Virus record (IMG/VR): IMGVR_UViG_3300044950_001783
DNA: 20,000 bases
Strand: one strand, 5' to 3'
Origin: an uncultured virus (IMG/VR IMGVR_UViG_3300044950_001783)
Taxonomy: Duplodnaviria > Heunggongvirae > Uroviricota > Caudoviricetes
Part shown: piece by piece, positions 8,194 through 16,120 of the stretch
How the letters are laid out: every line of letters starts with the position of its first letter
How positions within the stretch are numbered: position 1 is the first letter of the stretch
Translations under genes and position numbers: made by a program
Notes under the pieces: model-generated
The model's input: only the letters and a program-made list of their open reading frames with translations
The model's database searches: none
What the model was told of the DNA's origin: nothing

Positions 8194-9072
8194 TCAGGAC
8201 TCCTGAGAAAGGGATTCGGTGCTGGATGCGGGGGTGGGGGCCGGGCGTGTGAAGTCGAGCCGCTGGGCGGCGGGCCGGGCGGGGCCGGCGATCTTGTCCA
8301 TGAGGCGACCGAGGTGCGGCTCCTCGATGGCATCGAGCCGCCCGGAACGATCCTTAGCCGGATAGCCCCATTCGTTGAGGGTGTGGCAGACGAAAGCGCG
8401 ATACGCGGTGCCGTCGTCAGCCTTGAGTTCGGCCAGCGTCACCACCTCGTCGACGATGCCCGGCAGTTCGAGCCCGGTCTTGGAGCCGTCGATCTGCAGT
8501 TGGAAAATCCGCCGATTGAAATCGTCGAGCCGTTCGTCGAGGATGCCGACGAACCAGACGTTCTTGCGCCGGGTGTGCTGCAGATGGGTGAGCCAGGCGA
8601 TCATTTCCTGGCCCATCAGGCCATAGGCGCCCCGGCTGTCCGGCTTGCCGGTCTTCTCGGAATAGGCCTGCGGCTGCCCCTTGCACCATTGCAGGCAGAA
8701 GCGCCCTGCCACGGTGATGGAGTCGACGAAGACGGTGTCGTATTTGTCCAGCGCGGCGGGGTCACCGAAGCGCTGGCAGACGGCTTCGAAATGGGCATGA
8801 CTGAACGGCTGGTCGTCGCGCAGCGCTGGGTTGGGACCGCCGATGAAGACCGCGAAGTCACGGCATTCCTGCCATGTGCGGGGACGGATGGTGTCGCTCG
8901 CATTTCCCTCTACGGCCAGGTCGCCCGCCTCGAGGTCAAGAAACAGGGTAGCCACGGGATTGAGCGTCCACAGCTGCGAGGTCTTGCCGATGCCGGATTT
9001 GCCGACGAGCACGCCCTTGACGCCGCGACGCTCGGCCAGCCGTTGCTCGGCGGAGATGATGGGAAGTGCCAT
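8194..9072 (-). CDS. AAA_24/Sak4-like phage ATPase (single-strand annealing family)
   Basis: Walker A GKSGIGKT, LFLDLEAG, Walker B VFVDSIT, C-terminal AKDRSG. Confidence 0.85.
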   Translation of the reverse strand: MALPIISAEQRLAERRGVKGVLVGKSGIGKTSQLWTLNPVATLFLDLEAGDLAVEGNASDTIRPRTWQECRDFAVFIGGPNPALRDDQPFSHAHFEAVCQRFGDPAALDKYDTVFVDSITVAGRFCLQWCKGQPQAYSEKTGKPDSRGAYGLMGQEMIAWLTHLQHTRRKNVWFVGILDERLDDFNRRIFQLQIDGSKTGLELPGIVDEVVTLAELKADDGTAYRAFVCHTLNEWGYPAKDRSGRLDAIEEPHLGRLMDKIAGPARPAAQRLDFTRPAPTPASSTESLSQES

Positions 9073-9602
9073 CACATTCCCTCCTCGCCACGACGCAGGG
9101 TGAACTTCGGCGCCTTGGGCTTCATCGTGCGCGCGGCCTCGAAAGGCTGGCGCAAGGTGTCCGGCCAGGCTTTGAACTTCGCCTCGCTGACACTGTATTT
9201 CGTGACAATGTATTGGGCGGGGTCTTCACCGCTGGCGGCGATCTGGCTCCAGATGGCCTGGAGTTGCCGCTGATCCCACTGCGTGTCCTTGCCGATCTCG
9301 ATGGCGATGTCGTATTCACCATCGGTGATGTGCGTGGTGCCGGTATCCCTGCCCAAGGCGTGCAACTGCGTCCGGGCCTGCTCGGCAAAGCGCAGATCCA
9401 GACCGCCCTGGATCATGGTGGCTAGGGCGGCGAGCCCGGATTTCAGATTCGCCTCGAAGCGCTGCAGGTCGGCCACGCATGCCAGAGGCAGGTCACGAAT
9501 GACCTGTGCCGACAAGCCGAGGTAGGGAACTGGCAGATCGATGCCGCTGGTAGCAAACGCCACTTCCATAGGCATGCTCAGGTTGGGGGAGGAAGTGTTC
9601 AT
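9072..9602 (-). CDS. Phage hypothetical protein (176 aa)
   Basis: ATG 9602 overlaps the HTH stop (ATGA); its stop overlaps the ATPase ATG (TGATG). Confidence 0.75.
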   Translation of the reverse strand: MNTSSPNLSMPMEVAFATSGIDLPVPYLGLSAQVIRDLPLACVADLQRFEANLKSGLAALATMIQGGLDLRFAEQARTQLHALGRDTGTTHITDGEYDIAIEIGKDTQWDQRQLQAIWSQIAASGEDPAQYIVTKYSVSEAKFKAWPDTLRQPFEAARTMKPKAPKFTLRRGEEGM

Positions 9603-9811
9603 GCCATTTCCTCCGCCGTGGCGCGCTTCGAGGTGCTGGTCTTGAGGCACTGGACTTCATAGGCCTCGATGTCCTCCTGCCGATACAACACTCGGCCATG
9701 GATCTTGAGATGGATGGGACCGATGCCCTCGGAACGCCAGCGTTCCAGGGAGGCTTCGCTGATGCCCCAGCGGTCGGCCAGTTGGCGTTGGTTGAGATGT
9801 TTGATGCTCAC
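9599..9811 (-). CDS. Excisionase/AlpA-like HTH protein (70 aa)
   Basis: LNQRQLADRWGISEASLERWRSEGIGP..KIHGRVLY is a MerR-like winged HTH; GTG start with AAGGAG RBS. Confidence 0.85.
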   Translation of the reverse strand: MSIKHLNQRQLADRWGISEASLERWRSEGIGPIHLKIHGRVLYRQEDIEAYEVQCLKTSTSKRATAEEMA

Positions 9812-9849
9812 GTTTGACTCCTTTCGGTGGTTGCGGAAACGTGAGGCGG

Positions 9850-9908
9850 ATTGTGGAAATCAGGGGGTGGGCAAACCGGTGGGCAAGGTGGACGGAACCT
9901 GTGGGCAA
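9850..9908 (-). promoter_or_regulatory. Putative activator-dependent promoter of the replication operon, with GTGGGCAA direct repeats
   Basis: GTGGGCAA (+ strand) at 9867, 9879, 9901 and degenerate GTGGACGG at 9888. -10-like CACAAT on the minus strand at 9855-9850; the -35 position reads CGGTTT. Confidence 0.55.
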
Positions 9909-9943
9909 ATCAGGTAATCGATTCCTGCCAAGGGATCACAGAC

Positions 9944-9970
9944 AAAAAAAAGCCCGGCGATCAACCGGGC
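9944..9970 (-). terminator. Intrinsic terminator after DUF2188
   Basis: GCCCGG / CCGGGC stem (9952-9970) followed by T8 on the minus strand. Confidence 0.85.
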
Positions 9971-10004
9971 AGGAGAGCAATCTGCTCTGGGGCATCGATC
10001 GTTA

Positions 10005-10229
10005 TCAGCCCTTGGGCGGGAACGGATCGTTGCCGTAGCTGTTGCGTTCGCGGATGCGTCCGTTCTCACCGTGGATGAGCACTTCGCTTTGCTGGTTGAT
10101 CGCGATGTCACGCGCCGCACGTTCGGCATCAGCCTGCGTGCGGTGATGCGAGGTATCGCGTTCGTTGCCTTCGCCGCGAACGGCCCATCCGTCTTCACGG
10201 GGTACTACATGCTGGTTCTTGCCTGCCAT
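10005..10229 (-). CDS. DUF2188 family protein (74 aa)
   Basis: HVVPREDGWAVRGEG...TQADAERAAR...SEVLIHGENGRIRERNSYGNDP; AAGGA RBS. Confidence 0.88.
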   Translation of the reverse strand: MAGKNQHVVPREDGWAVRGEGNERDTSHHRTQADAERAARDIAINQQSEVLIHGENGRIRERNSYGNDPFPPKG

Positions 10230-10291
10230 ATCGGTTCCTTTCGGAAATAGAGTTTGTGATCAGGGAATGATTGGGGACGTTATCTGTGCGT

Positions 10292-11248
10292 TTACCTCCT
10301 CACTAGGGTTGCGAATTCAGGTTTCAGCCAGTAGTGACCCTTCTGGTCTGCCTCGGCGAAGACCTCGAAGATCAGCCGGTGACGTTTGATGATGTCGGCA
10401 AGACGGAACTTCTCTGGTTCGATACCCAGCCGCTCGGCCAGATGGCGTTTATGTACTTCATCGCCGTCAAACTCTTCCAGCACCGTGAGAAGTCCATGAA
10501 GTTGCGGCGGAACTTTGTGTTCCAGCCCCTCGATGAGCGCGACCCGTTTGCTGTGCAGCAGGCGCAACGAGGTTTCCCTCGTATTGACAGTCGGCACCAT
10601 CCCGGTGAGGTAGGCATCCAGGTTCTCGACGACCAGCCCCGCCTTCCTGAGATGCGCCACTGCGCGCAGGGGCACGGTCAACCGGTCTCCGAGTACCGTT
10701 TTCGTCAAGGCCACAGGATCGCTGGAGGTGATGATGACCTCGGCGCCCGGCGCGACCTGTCTGTCGAGTTCATCGCGCACTATCGCCGCCGACGGCACCA
10801 GGTGCCGCCCAAAAAACAGAGTAAGCCGCCTGCGCCTGTATTCGGCTTCGCCCAGACGCCAGAGAACATCCGGCACGACGGCATCGGGTGGGCTACGTGA
10901 CGTCAGGTGCAATGCACTTGCCAGCCAACCGGCAATTTTGGCCGAATGGGCAAGCCAGAGACGGGCCTGATCGGGCCGCAAGCGGATCCAGCCACAATCC
11001 GGGCAATAGCCCCGGTACGGGAAGGCGCCCCTGTCGTCATCGGTGTTCGCGTTGGGCTCGATGACCGGGCCGCAGCAGTCCGGACAGACGATGCCGGCGG
11101 TCAGGTCGTTCGACAGGGACAATGCGCCCACCTCGCGCAGATGACGGTACACGTCCATTCTGTCACCCCGCCAGATGGCATCCGGCTCCAGGCGAGGGTC
11201 AGGCTGTTCGAGCAGCCAGCACAGTTCAGTGAATGCCTGATCTCTCAC
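10292..11248 (-). CDS. Uncharacterised 318-aa protein with Zn ribbon and probable C-terminal winged HTH
   Basis: CPDCC...YCPDCG. The C-terminus LHGLLTVLEEFDGDEVHKRHLAERLGI...KGHYWL is OmpR-type wHTH-like. GTG overlaps the upstream stop (GTGA). Confidence 0.75.
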   Translation of the reverse strand: MRDQAFTELCWLLEQPDPRLEPDAIWRGDRMDVYRHLREVGALSLSNDLTAGIVCPDCCGPVIEPNANTDDDRGAFPYRGYCPDCGWIRLRPDQARLWLAHSAKIAGWLASALHLTSRSPPDAVVPDVLWRLGEAEYRRRRLTLFFGRHLVPSAAIVRDELDRQVAPGAEVIITSSDPVALTKTVLGDRLTVPLRAVAHLRKAGLVVENLDAYLTGMVPTVNTRETSLRLLHSKRVALIEGLEHKVPPQLHGLLTVLEEFDGDEVHKRHLAERLGIEPEKFRLADIIKRHRLIFEVFAEADQKGHYWLKPEFATLVRR

Positions 11249-12501
11249 GCAGGCATTTCCAAGGACAGATCAGTCGAGGCAGGCGTGCCAGCGCTGCTTG
11301 CCGGGGTCTGCATCACCCCCCACGCCTGCAACAGTGCCTCGACCAGCTGGGCATCTGCTTCGTCCATGTCGCGCAGATTGCTGATTCCTGCCTGCTTGAT
11401 CTCGATATGCAGCACTCGGCCTGATTTGTCACCATCCCTTGGCAGGAAATACAACGAGACAACCGCTTCCAGGATATTGAAACCCTGACTCATCAGGACA
11501 TGGTCAAGCCGCTGTGCCTTCACGCAGTCGAGGACGTCGGGTGCGTTCTTTTGGCCGGGCGGCTTGATGATGTGGTCACAGTGTGGTGGCAGGTTGGCAT
11601 GAAGCCTGGCTTGGGAGAGCCGGATTTTTTCGACACCATGTGCAGCCAGGTCGATCTGACTGTCATCGAACAGCTCGAAGCCATCGCGTAAGCGATTGAG
11701 AAAGAACATCGGCGCGTCGATGTTTTCGACCTGCAAAGGTTTCTGGAAGATGTGCTTACCCAGGAGAGGCAATAACTTTTTCAGGGTTTTCTCGCCCCCA
11801 GACGCGAGGATGTCCATCACACCGGTTGCCGGGTAGATGACGGCATCCATCTTCATGGGGGGCCTGATGTCCCGCCAGCGTGCGCGATCGTCATCTCCGA
11901 ATTCCAGCTGGCGCTGGACGTTGTCCTCAATGAGCAGTGCCAGCTGCACGCCACCGTCGAGATGGCGGTCGACAGGTTCGATCTCGCAGGCGCGGGGCCG
12001 GCCTTTTCGAGGTGTGAATGCCTCGCCTACCGCCAGCTCAAGTGCCCGAATGTCCTCGGTACTACGAAACAGTACATCGCACGGTGGGAACTTGAATCGT
12101 TTCCACCCGCGTATGCCGGTGCGCAAGTTGGCGTCGAGGATGGCCGCAGCAGCTTTGAACAACTCAGGCCAGTTGGCCATAGTCCACAAGGCACGCTCGG
12201 CATCACATGAAAGCTTGGTGAAATCGTCGTGCAACGCCGCGTCTGGCTTGGCGACATTGCGAATGGCATCAATGCCGCGCCGGTTGGCAAAGGCATGAAC
12301 CTGTCGCAACTCACCAAGGACCATTCTGGTCAGACTCGCGTCGAGTGATTCCGTGATCGCGATCAGGGATTTTGTCAGTTTGTCCGCTGGCACGCCCCAG
12401 TCATGACCGTCGGGAAGCGCGATCGCACGTGACTGGAAGTAGTACTGCCAGGAACGGCCTGGCACCTGATGGATCAAACGGCGGTAGTTGAAGGCGGCCA
12501 T
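11245..12501 (-). CDS. Uncharacterised 418-aa protein
   Basis: ATG 12501 (MAAFNYRRLIHQ) with AAGGA RBS; long open frame coupled to the next gene; no motif recognised. Confidence 0.8.
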   Translation of the reverse strand: MAAFNYRRLIHQVPGRSWQYYFQSRAIALPDGHDWGVPADKLTKSLIAITESLDASLTRMVLGELRQVHAFANRRGIDAIRNVAKPDAALHDDFTKLSCDAERALWTMANWPELFKAAAAILDANLRTGIRGWKRFKFPPCDVLFRSTEDIRALELAVGEAFTPRKGRPRACEIEPVDRHLDGGVQLALLIEDNVQRQLEFGDDDRARWRDIRPPMKMDAVIYPATGVMDILASGGEKTLKKLLPLLGKHIFQKPLQVENIDAPMFFLNRLRDGFELFDDSQIDLAAHGVEKIRLSQARLHANLPPHCDHIIKPPGQKNAPDVLDCVKAQRLDHVLMSQGFNILEAVVSLYFLPRDGDKSGRVLHIEIKQAGISNLRDMDEADAQLVEALLQAWGVMQTPASSAGTPASTDLSLEMPA

Positions 12502-12637
12502 CTTGGTGTTCCTTTTCGAGATAGGCCACAGTCCATCCGACATTCGTCCGGTGTGCGTGAGGCCGGGTTGCGTCAAAGCACCCTTTAGTGGCGCATATAA
12601 ACAAATATATTCGTTCGCTATATCGGGTGTTTGCGGC

Positions 12638-12666
12638 AAGTTAACAGCCGATGATTGTCTTGTCAA
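12638..12666 (-). promoter_or_regulatory. Sigma70 promoter for the leftward operon
   Basis: TTGACA (12666-12661), 17-nt spacer, TAACTT (12643-12638). Confidence 0.7.
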
Positions 12667-12764
12667 GTCGGTGCTATTTCGTTCGGAATAATGTATGTTT
12701 CCACCAGTGAAAAACCTTTGCAGCCACTGCAAATCCGGTACATAGAGGAAATCAGGAGAAACCT

Positions 12765-13091
12765 GTGGCAACCCCATTGGGCGAGAAAATCCGCAAGCTG
12801 CGTCGCGACAAGAAGTTGAGTCTGGAGGCCCTCGCGGCCGCAGCGGAAATGAGCAAGAGTTACTTGTGGGAGTTGGAGAACAACGACGACGCCAACCCCA
12901 CCATGGACAAAGTGTCACGCATCGCTGCCGTACTTGAAGTCACACCGGAGTTCCTGGCTCATGACAAGCAGGCCGATACGCCCCAGGATGCGTTCGACAA
13001 GGCATTCTTCAGGAACTACAAATCCCTCAGGCCTGAAACCAAGCAGCAACTGCTAGAAATTCTCAAAACTCTCAAGAAGACGCAAGGATGA
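12765..13091 (+). CDS. XRE-family HTH repressor, CapH-like (108 aa)
   Basis: LGEKIRKLRRDKKLSLEALA...SKSYLWELEN...NPT HTH; F81-F82-R83-N-Y motif before the C-terminal helices; GTG with AGGAG RBS. Confidence 0.9.
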   Translation: MATPLGEKIRKLRRDKKLSLEALAAAAEMSKSYLWELENNDDANPTMDKVSRIAAVLEVTPEFLAHDKQADTPQDAFDKAFFRNYKSLRPETKQQLLEILKTLKKTQG

Positions 13092-14047
13092 CGGCAGCTG
13101 ATCTCGGCCCGATCCCTTGGGCAAATCGGCTTAATCGTCTGCTGGATCAGTACCATGGTATCCATGGCGGCCTGCGATATCCGGTCGACGTCGAATTTCT
13201 TGCTCAGCAGATCCCACAGCAGTTCAACACGGGTGAACCGATTCTGGTTCGGGGTGAAGAAATCAGCCCGGACTTCGAGGGCTGCCTGCTCAAGCTGGAC
13301 GACGAGACAGGTGGACCACCCTCCTGGGCGTTGATCTACAACAAGGGACTTCCTTCGCCTGGTCGTATCCGCTTCACCCTGGCACACGAGTTAGGGCACT
13401 ACCTCTGCCATCGACAACTGCAAGAGGGCTTCAATTGCAATGAATTCGATACCCTGCACTGGGAATCGCCAGAGCGCCAGCTGGAGGTGCAGGCCAACAA
13501 GTTCGCTGCCTATCTGTTGATGCCGCGCCCGGACTTCGAAGCACAAATCCGTTCTGCCCCGGTTGATCTCGAAATTCTGGGGGCTTGCGCTGAACGATAT
13601 GGCGTATCGCTCACCGCTACCGTGCTGAAATGGCTGGAATTCACCCCAATGCGTGCCCTGTTGGTGATGTCGCGCGATGGGCGCGTGCAATGGGCGCGCG
13701 GCAGCGAATCGGGCAAATGGCTGGCTATTGCAATGAATAAGCGGCTACCAACCGGGCAGCGAAGGTCATTGCCGGCGCAGTCCACCACCATGCTGAATAC
13801 AACGAGCAACGTTGATCGGCAAGGTACGGAAGGCTCTGCACGAATCTGGTTCGCAGACGAGCCCGAGGACATGTCCCTTCGTGAGATGAAGATCGTCTCG
13901 GATCAATACCGGCAGACCATGACCCTGCTGGTCCTGCCGCCGGAGGTTAAGCCATGGGAGCGCGACAAACGCGATGGGGACGATGACGAAGAACTGGAAA
14001 ACACCTTCGATCATTTCGTTCGCAACGGCCAGCCACCCGTGCGATAA
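13088..14047 (+). CDS. ImmA/IrrE-family Zn metallopeptidase, CapP-like (319 aa)
   Basis: RIRFTLAHELGH, then GFNC, EVQANKFAAYLLMP, HTH (AERYGVSLTA) and a GAF-like C-terminus; ATGA overlap with the repressor. Confidence 0.92.
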   Translation: MTAADLGPIPWANRLNRLLDQYHGIHGGLRYPVDVEFLAQQIPQQFNTGEPILVRGEEISPDFEGCLLKLDDETGGPPSWALIYNKGLPSPGRIRFTLAHELGHYLCHRQLQEGFNCNEFDTLHWESPERQLEVQANKFAAYLLMPRPDFEAQIRSAPVDLEILGACAERYGVSLTATVLKWLEFTPMRALLVMSRDGRVQWARGSESGKWLAIAMNKRLPTGQRRSLPAQSTTMLNTTSNVDRQGTEGSARIWFADEPEDMSLREMKIVSDQYRQTMTLLVLPPEVKPWERDKRDGDDDEELENTFDHFVRNGQPPVR

Positions 14048-14064
14048 GGACTGGTAGGTCGAGC

Positions 14065-15279
14065 ATGAGCAAGTACAAGTGGCAGTTCGCACCGCGCTTT
14101 CGCCGCCATGCCTTTGGCTGGCGTTCAGATACGCCCATCCAGCGTATCAAGGAAGCTCTCACGGAGATCAAGCAGATCGCCCGGAAAGAGCCTGTCACCG
14201 CCGCAGAGGGTGCGGTGACCTTGCTGGAAAAGCTATCGCCTGCCCTGGAGCAGGTCGATAGCTCGTCTGGATCCTTGGGCTCGGCGGTGAACCGGGCCAT
14301 CGATACGCTGGTGCCGATCATCGCCAATGCTGAGGTTGATCAGCGCGTTCGGCAGCGCTGGCTGGAGCGTCTGTGGAACGCCGTTCAGGAAGATGCCATC
14401 CCCTACATCGAGGTTCTCGGCGACTACTGGGGCGAACTGTGCGTGACCACAGAACTGGCGTCAGCCTGGGCCGATGAGTTGTTGCCATTGGTGAAGCATG
14501 TCTGGAGCCCACAAGCGTCTGGGCATGGCTTCTTCAAGGGGACGACCGCCTGTCTGGCCTCCCTGTATGCCGCCGGTCGTCACGATGAATTGCTGGCGCT
14601 GATAGAGAAAGCGCCCTTCAAGTGGTGGCATGACCGGCGTTGGGGGGTGAAGGCGTTGGCCGCCATGGGCAAGAAAGCCGAAGCCATCCGCTATGCGGAG
14701 GAATCGCGCGGACGCAACGATCCGTCCTGGCAGATTGCGCAGGCCTGTGAAGAGATCCTGCTGTCGTCCGGCCTGCTCGACGAGGCCTACCGTCGATATG
14801 CACTGGAAGCCAATCAAGGCACGACGAACCTGGCTACATTTCGCGCCATCACCAAGAAGTATCCGAACAAACCGCCGGAGGAAATCCTGCGCGACTTGAT
14901 CGCCAGCACGCCCGGCGCCGAAGGCAAATGGTTCGCCGCTGCCAAGGATGCCGGCCAGTTTAATGTAGCCATTGAGCTGATCACGCGTAGCCCGACTGAT
15001 CCCCGCACGCTGACCCGCGCCGCCAGGGATTTTGCTACAGAGCGGCCAGACTTCGCCGTTGCCTCCGGGTTGGCTGCCTTGAGCTGGATTTCACAAGGTG
15101 CTGGCTTCGACATTACGGGCGCGGATGTACTCGCTGCATACACCGCCGTGATGCAGGCAGCTTCCGGAGCCGGAGTCGATGCTCTGCATATCAAGGCGCA
15201 GATCCGCGAGATGACATCCGGCTCGCACCCTGGAAACCAGTTCATGAATTCGATCCTGGCACATCATCTGTCGACCTGA
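14065..15279 (+). CDS. Uncharacterised alpha-helical repeat-like protein (404 aa)
   Basis: Long ORF starting 17 nt after the peptidase; Ala/Leu-rich amphipathic helices, TPR-like segments (CLASLYAAGRHDELLALI). Confidence 0.8.
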   Translation: MSKYKWQFAPRFRRHAFGWRSDTPIQRIKEALTEIKQIARKEPVTAAEGAVTLLEKLSPALEQVDSSSGSLGSAVNRAIDTLVPIIANAEVDQRVRQRWLERLWNAVQEDAIPYIEVLGDYWGELCVTTELASAWADELLPLVKHVWSPQASGHGFFKGTTACLASLYAAGRHDELLALIEKAPFKWWHDRRWGVKALAAMGKKAEAIRYAEESRGRNDPSWQIAQACEEILLSSGLLDEAYRRYALEANQGTTNLATFRAITKKYPNKPPEEILRDLIASTPGAEGKWFAAAKDAGQFNVAIELITRSPTDPRTLTRAARDFATERPDFAVASGLAALSWISQGAGFDITGADVLAAYTAVMQAASGAGVDALHIKAQIREMTSGSHPGNQFMNSILAHHLST

Positions 15280-15404
15280 GTCGTCATCAGGGTTTGCAAG
15301 AACCCGCAGCCATACTCATGCGCCAGTAATTCCCTCATGTCGTCTGTAGCGCCCCATCCGGACAATTTCGCATCAAGCGAGTTGGACAAACAGGAGCGAT
15401 ACCG

Positions 15405-15623
15405 ATGCATGACATCAACCATCTACCCCCCGAGCGGATGACCCCGCAGCAGCGTCGGCACGAGATCGCGTCGTTGCTGGCCAGAGCACTCGTGCGCCTT
15501 CGCTGCGGGAAGCCTCGGCAGTCCGCAAACATGGCTGCGGAGAACGAGTTTGACCTTGGCTTCACTGGTAACCAGCGCGTTCATTCAGACCCCGTCAACA
15601 ATAGAAAAACGGAGCCAAGATGA
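15405..15623 (+). CDS. Small hypothetical protein heading the recombinase operon (72 aa)
   Basis: AGGAG RBS; the stop overlaps the DUF2924 ATG (ATGA). Confidence 0.7.
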   Translation: MHDINHLPPERMTPQQRRHEIASLLARALVRLRCGKPRQSANMAAENEFDLGFTGNQRVHSDPVNNRKTEPR

Positions 15624-16120
15624 GCACGCCCACCAGAATTCCTGCGACACCTCCTTCAATCGTTTCGCAGATCGCCAGATTGCCCGACGTCCCTATGGCC
15701 GACATCCAGGCCCTTTGGCAGAAACTGTTCGGTGCCGATACGCCGAACCACAATCGGCAATTCCTCGAGCGCCGCATTGCCTACCGGTTGCAGGAGGTGG
15801 AGTTCCGCAAGGTGAACGCCAGTCTGCTGGATCGAAACAAGCGCCGAATCGCATCTCTACTGGAGACCGGCAAGATCAAGAAGCGCGATCGTGATTACCG
15901 GCCCACAGCAGGTACCGCGCTGACCCGTGAATACCAAGGTGTTGCATATCACGTGGTCGCCACCAGCGACGGCCAGTACGAATTCGAAGGCCGGATGTAT
16001 CCGAGCCTGTCCATGATCGCGCGTGAGATCACCGGAACCCGGTGGTCAGGGCCACTATTCTTCGGAATCAAAGCCCCTGCCAAACCGAAAGCATCGGTCA
16101 AGAAGGGAGGCCGGCGATGA
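15620..16120 (+). CDS. DUF2924 family protein (166 aa)
   Basis: LWQKLFG...FLERRIAYRLQE...GTALTREYQG...YPSLSMIAREITGTRWSGPLFFG. Confidence 0.88.
   Translation: MSTPTRIPATPPSIVSQIARLPDVPMADIQALWQKLFGADTPNHNRQFLERRIAYRLQEVEFRKVNASLLDRNKRRIASLLETGKIKKRDRDYRPTAGTALTREYQGVAYHVVATSDGQYEFEGRMYPSLSMIAREITGTRWSGPLFFGIKAPAKPKASVKKGGRR

Noticed and set aside
6018..9273. Long plus-strand ORFs (266, 209, 319 aa)
   Set aside because: Typical high-GC antisense frames opposite the well-supported helicase and ATPase genes.
12502..12918. N-terminal extension giving the 557-aa ORF
   Set aside because: It overlaps the repressor gene on the opposite strand and runs through the promoter; ATG 12501 has a good RBS.
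10292..14047. Calling the locus CBASS because of the CapH/CapP-like pair
   Set aside because: No nucleotidyltransferase, E1/E2/JAB or known effector motifs are visible.
16042..16116. Upstream start for the recombinase (476 aa)
   Set aside because: ATG 16117 has a GGGAGG RBS, an ATGA overlap, and places the catalytic motif near the N-terminus.
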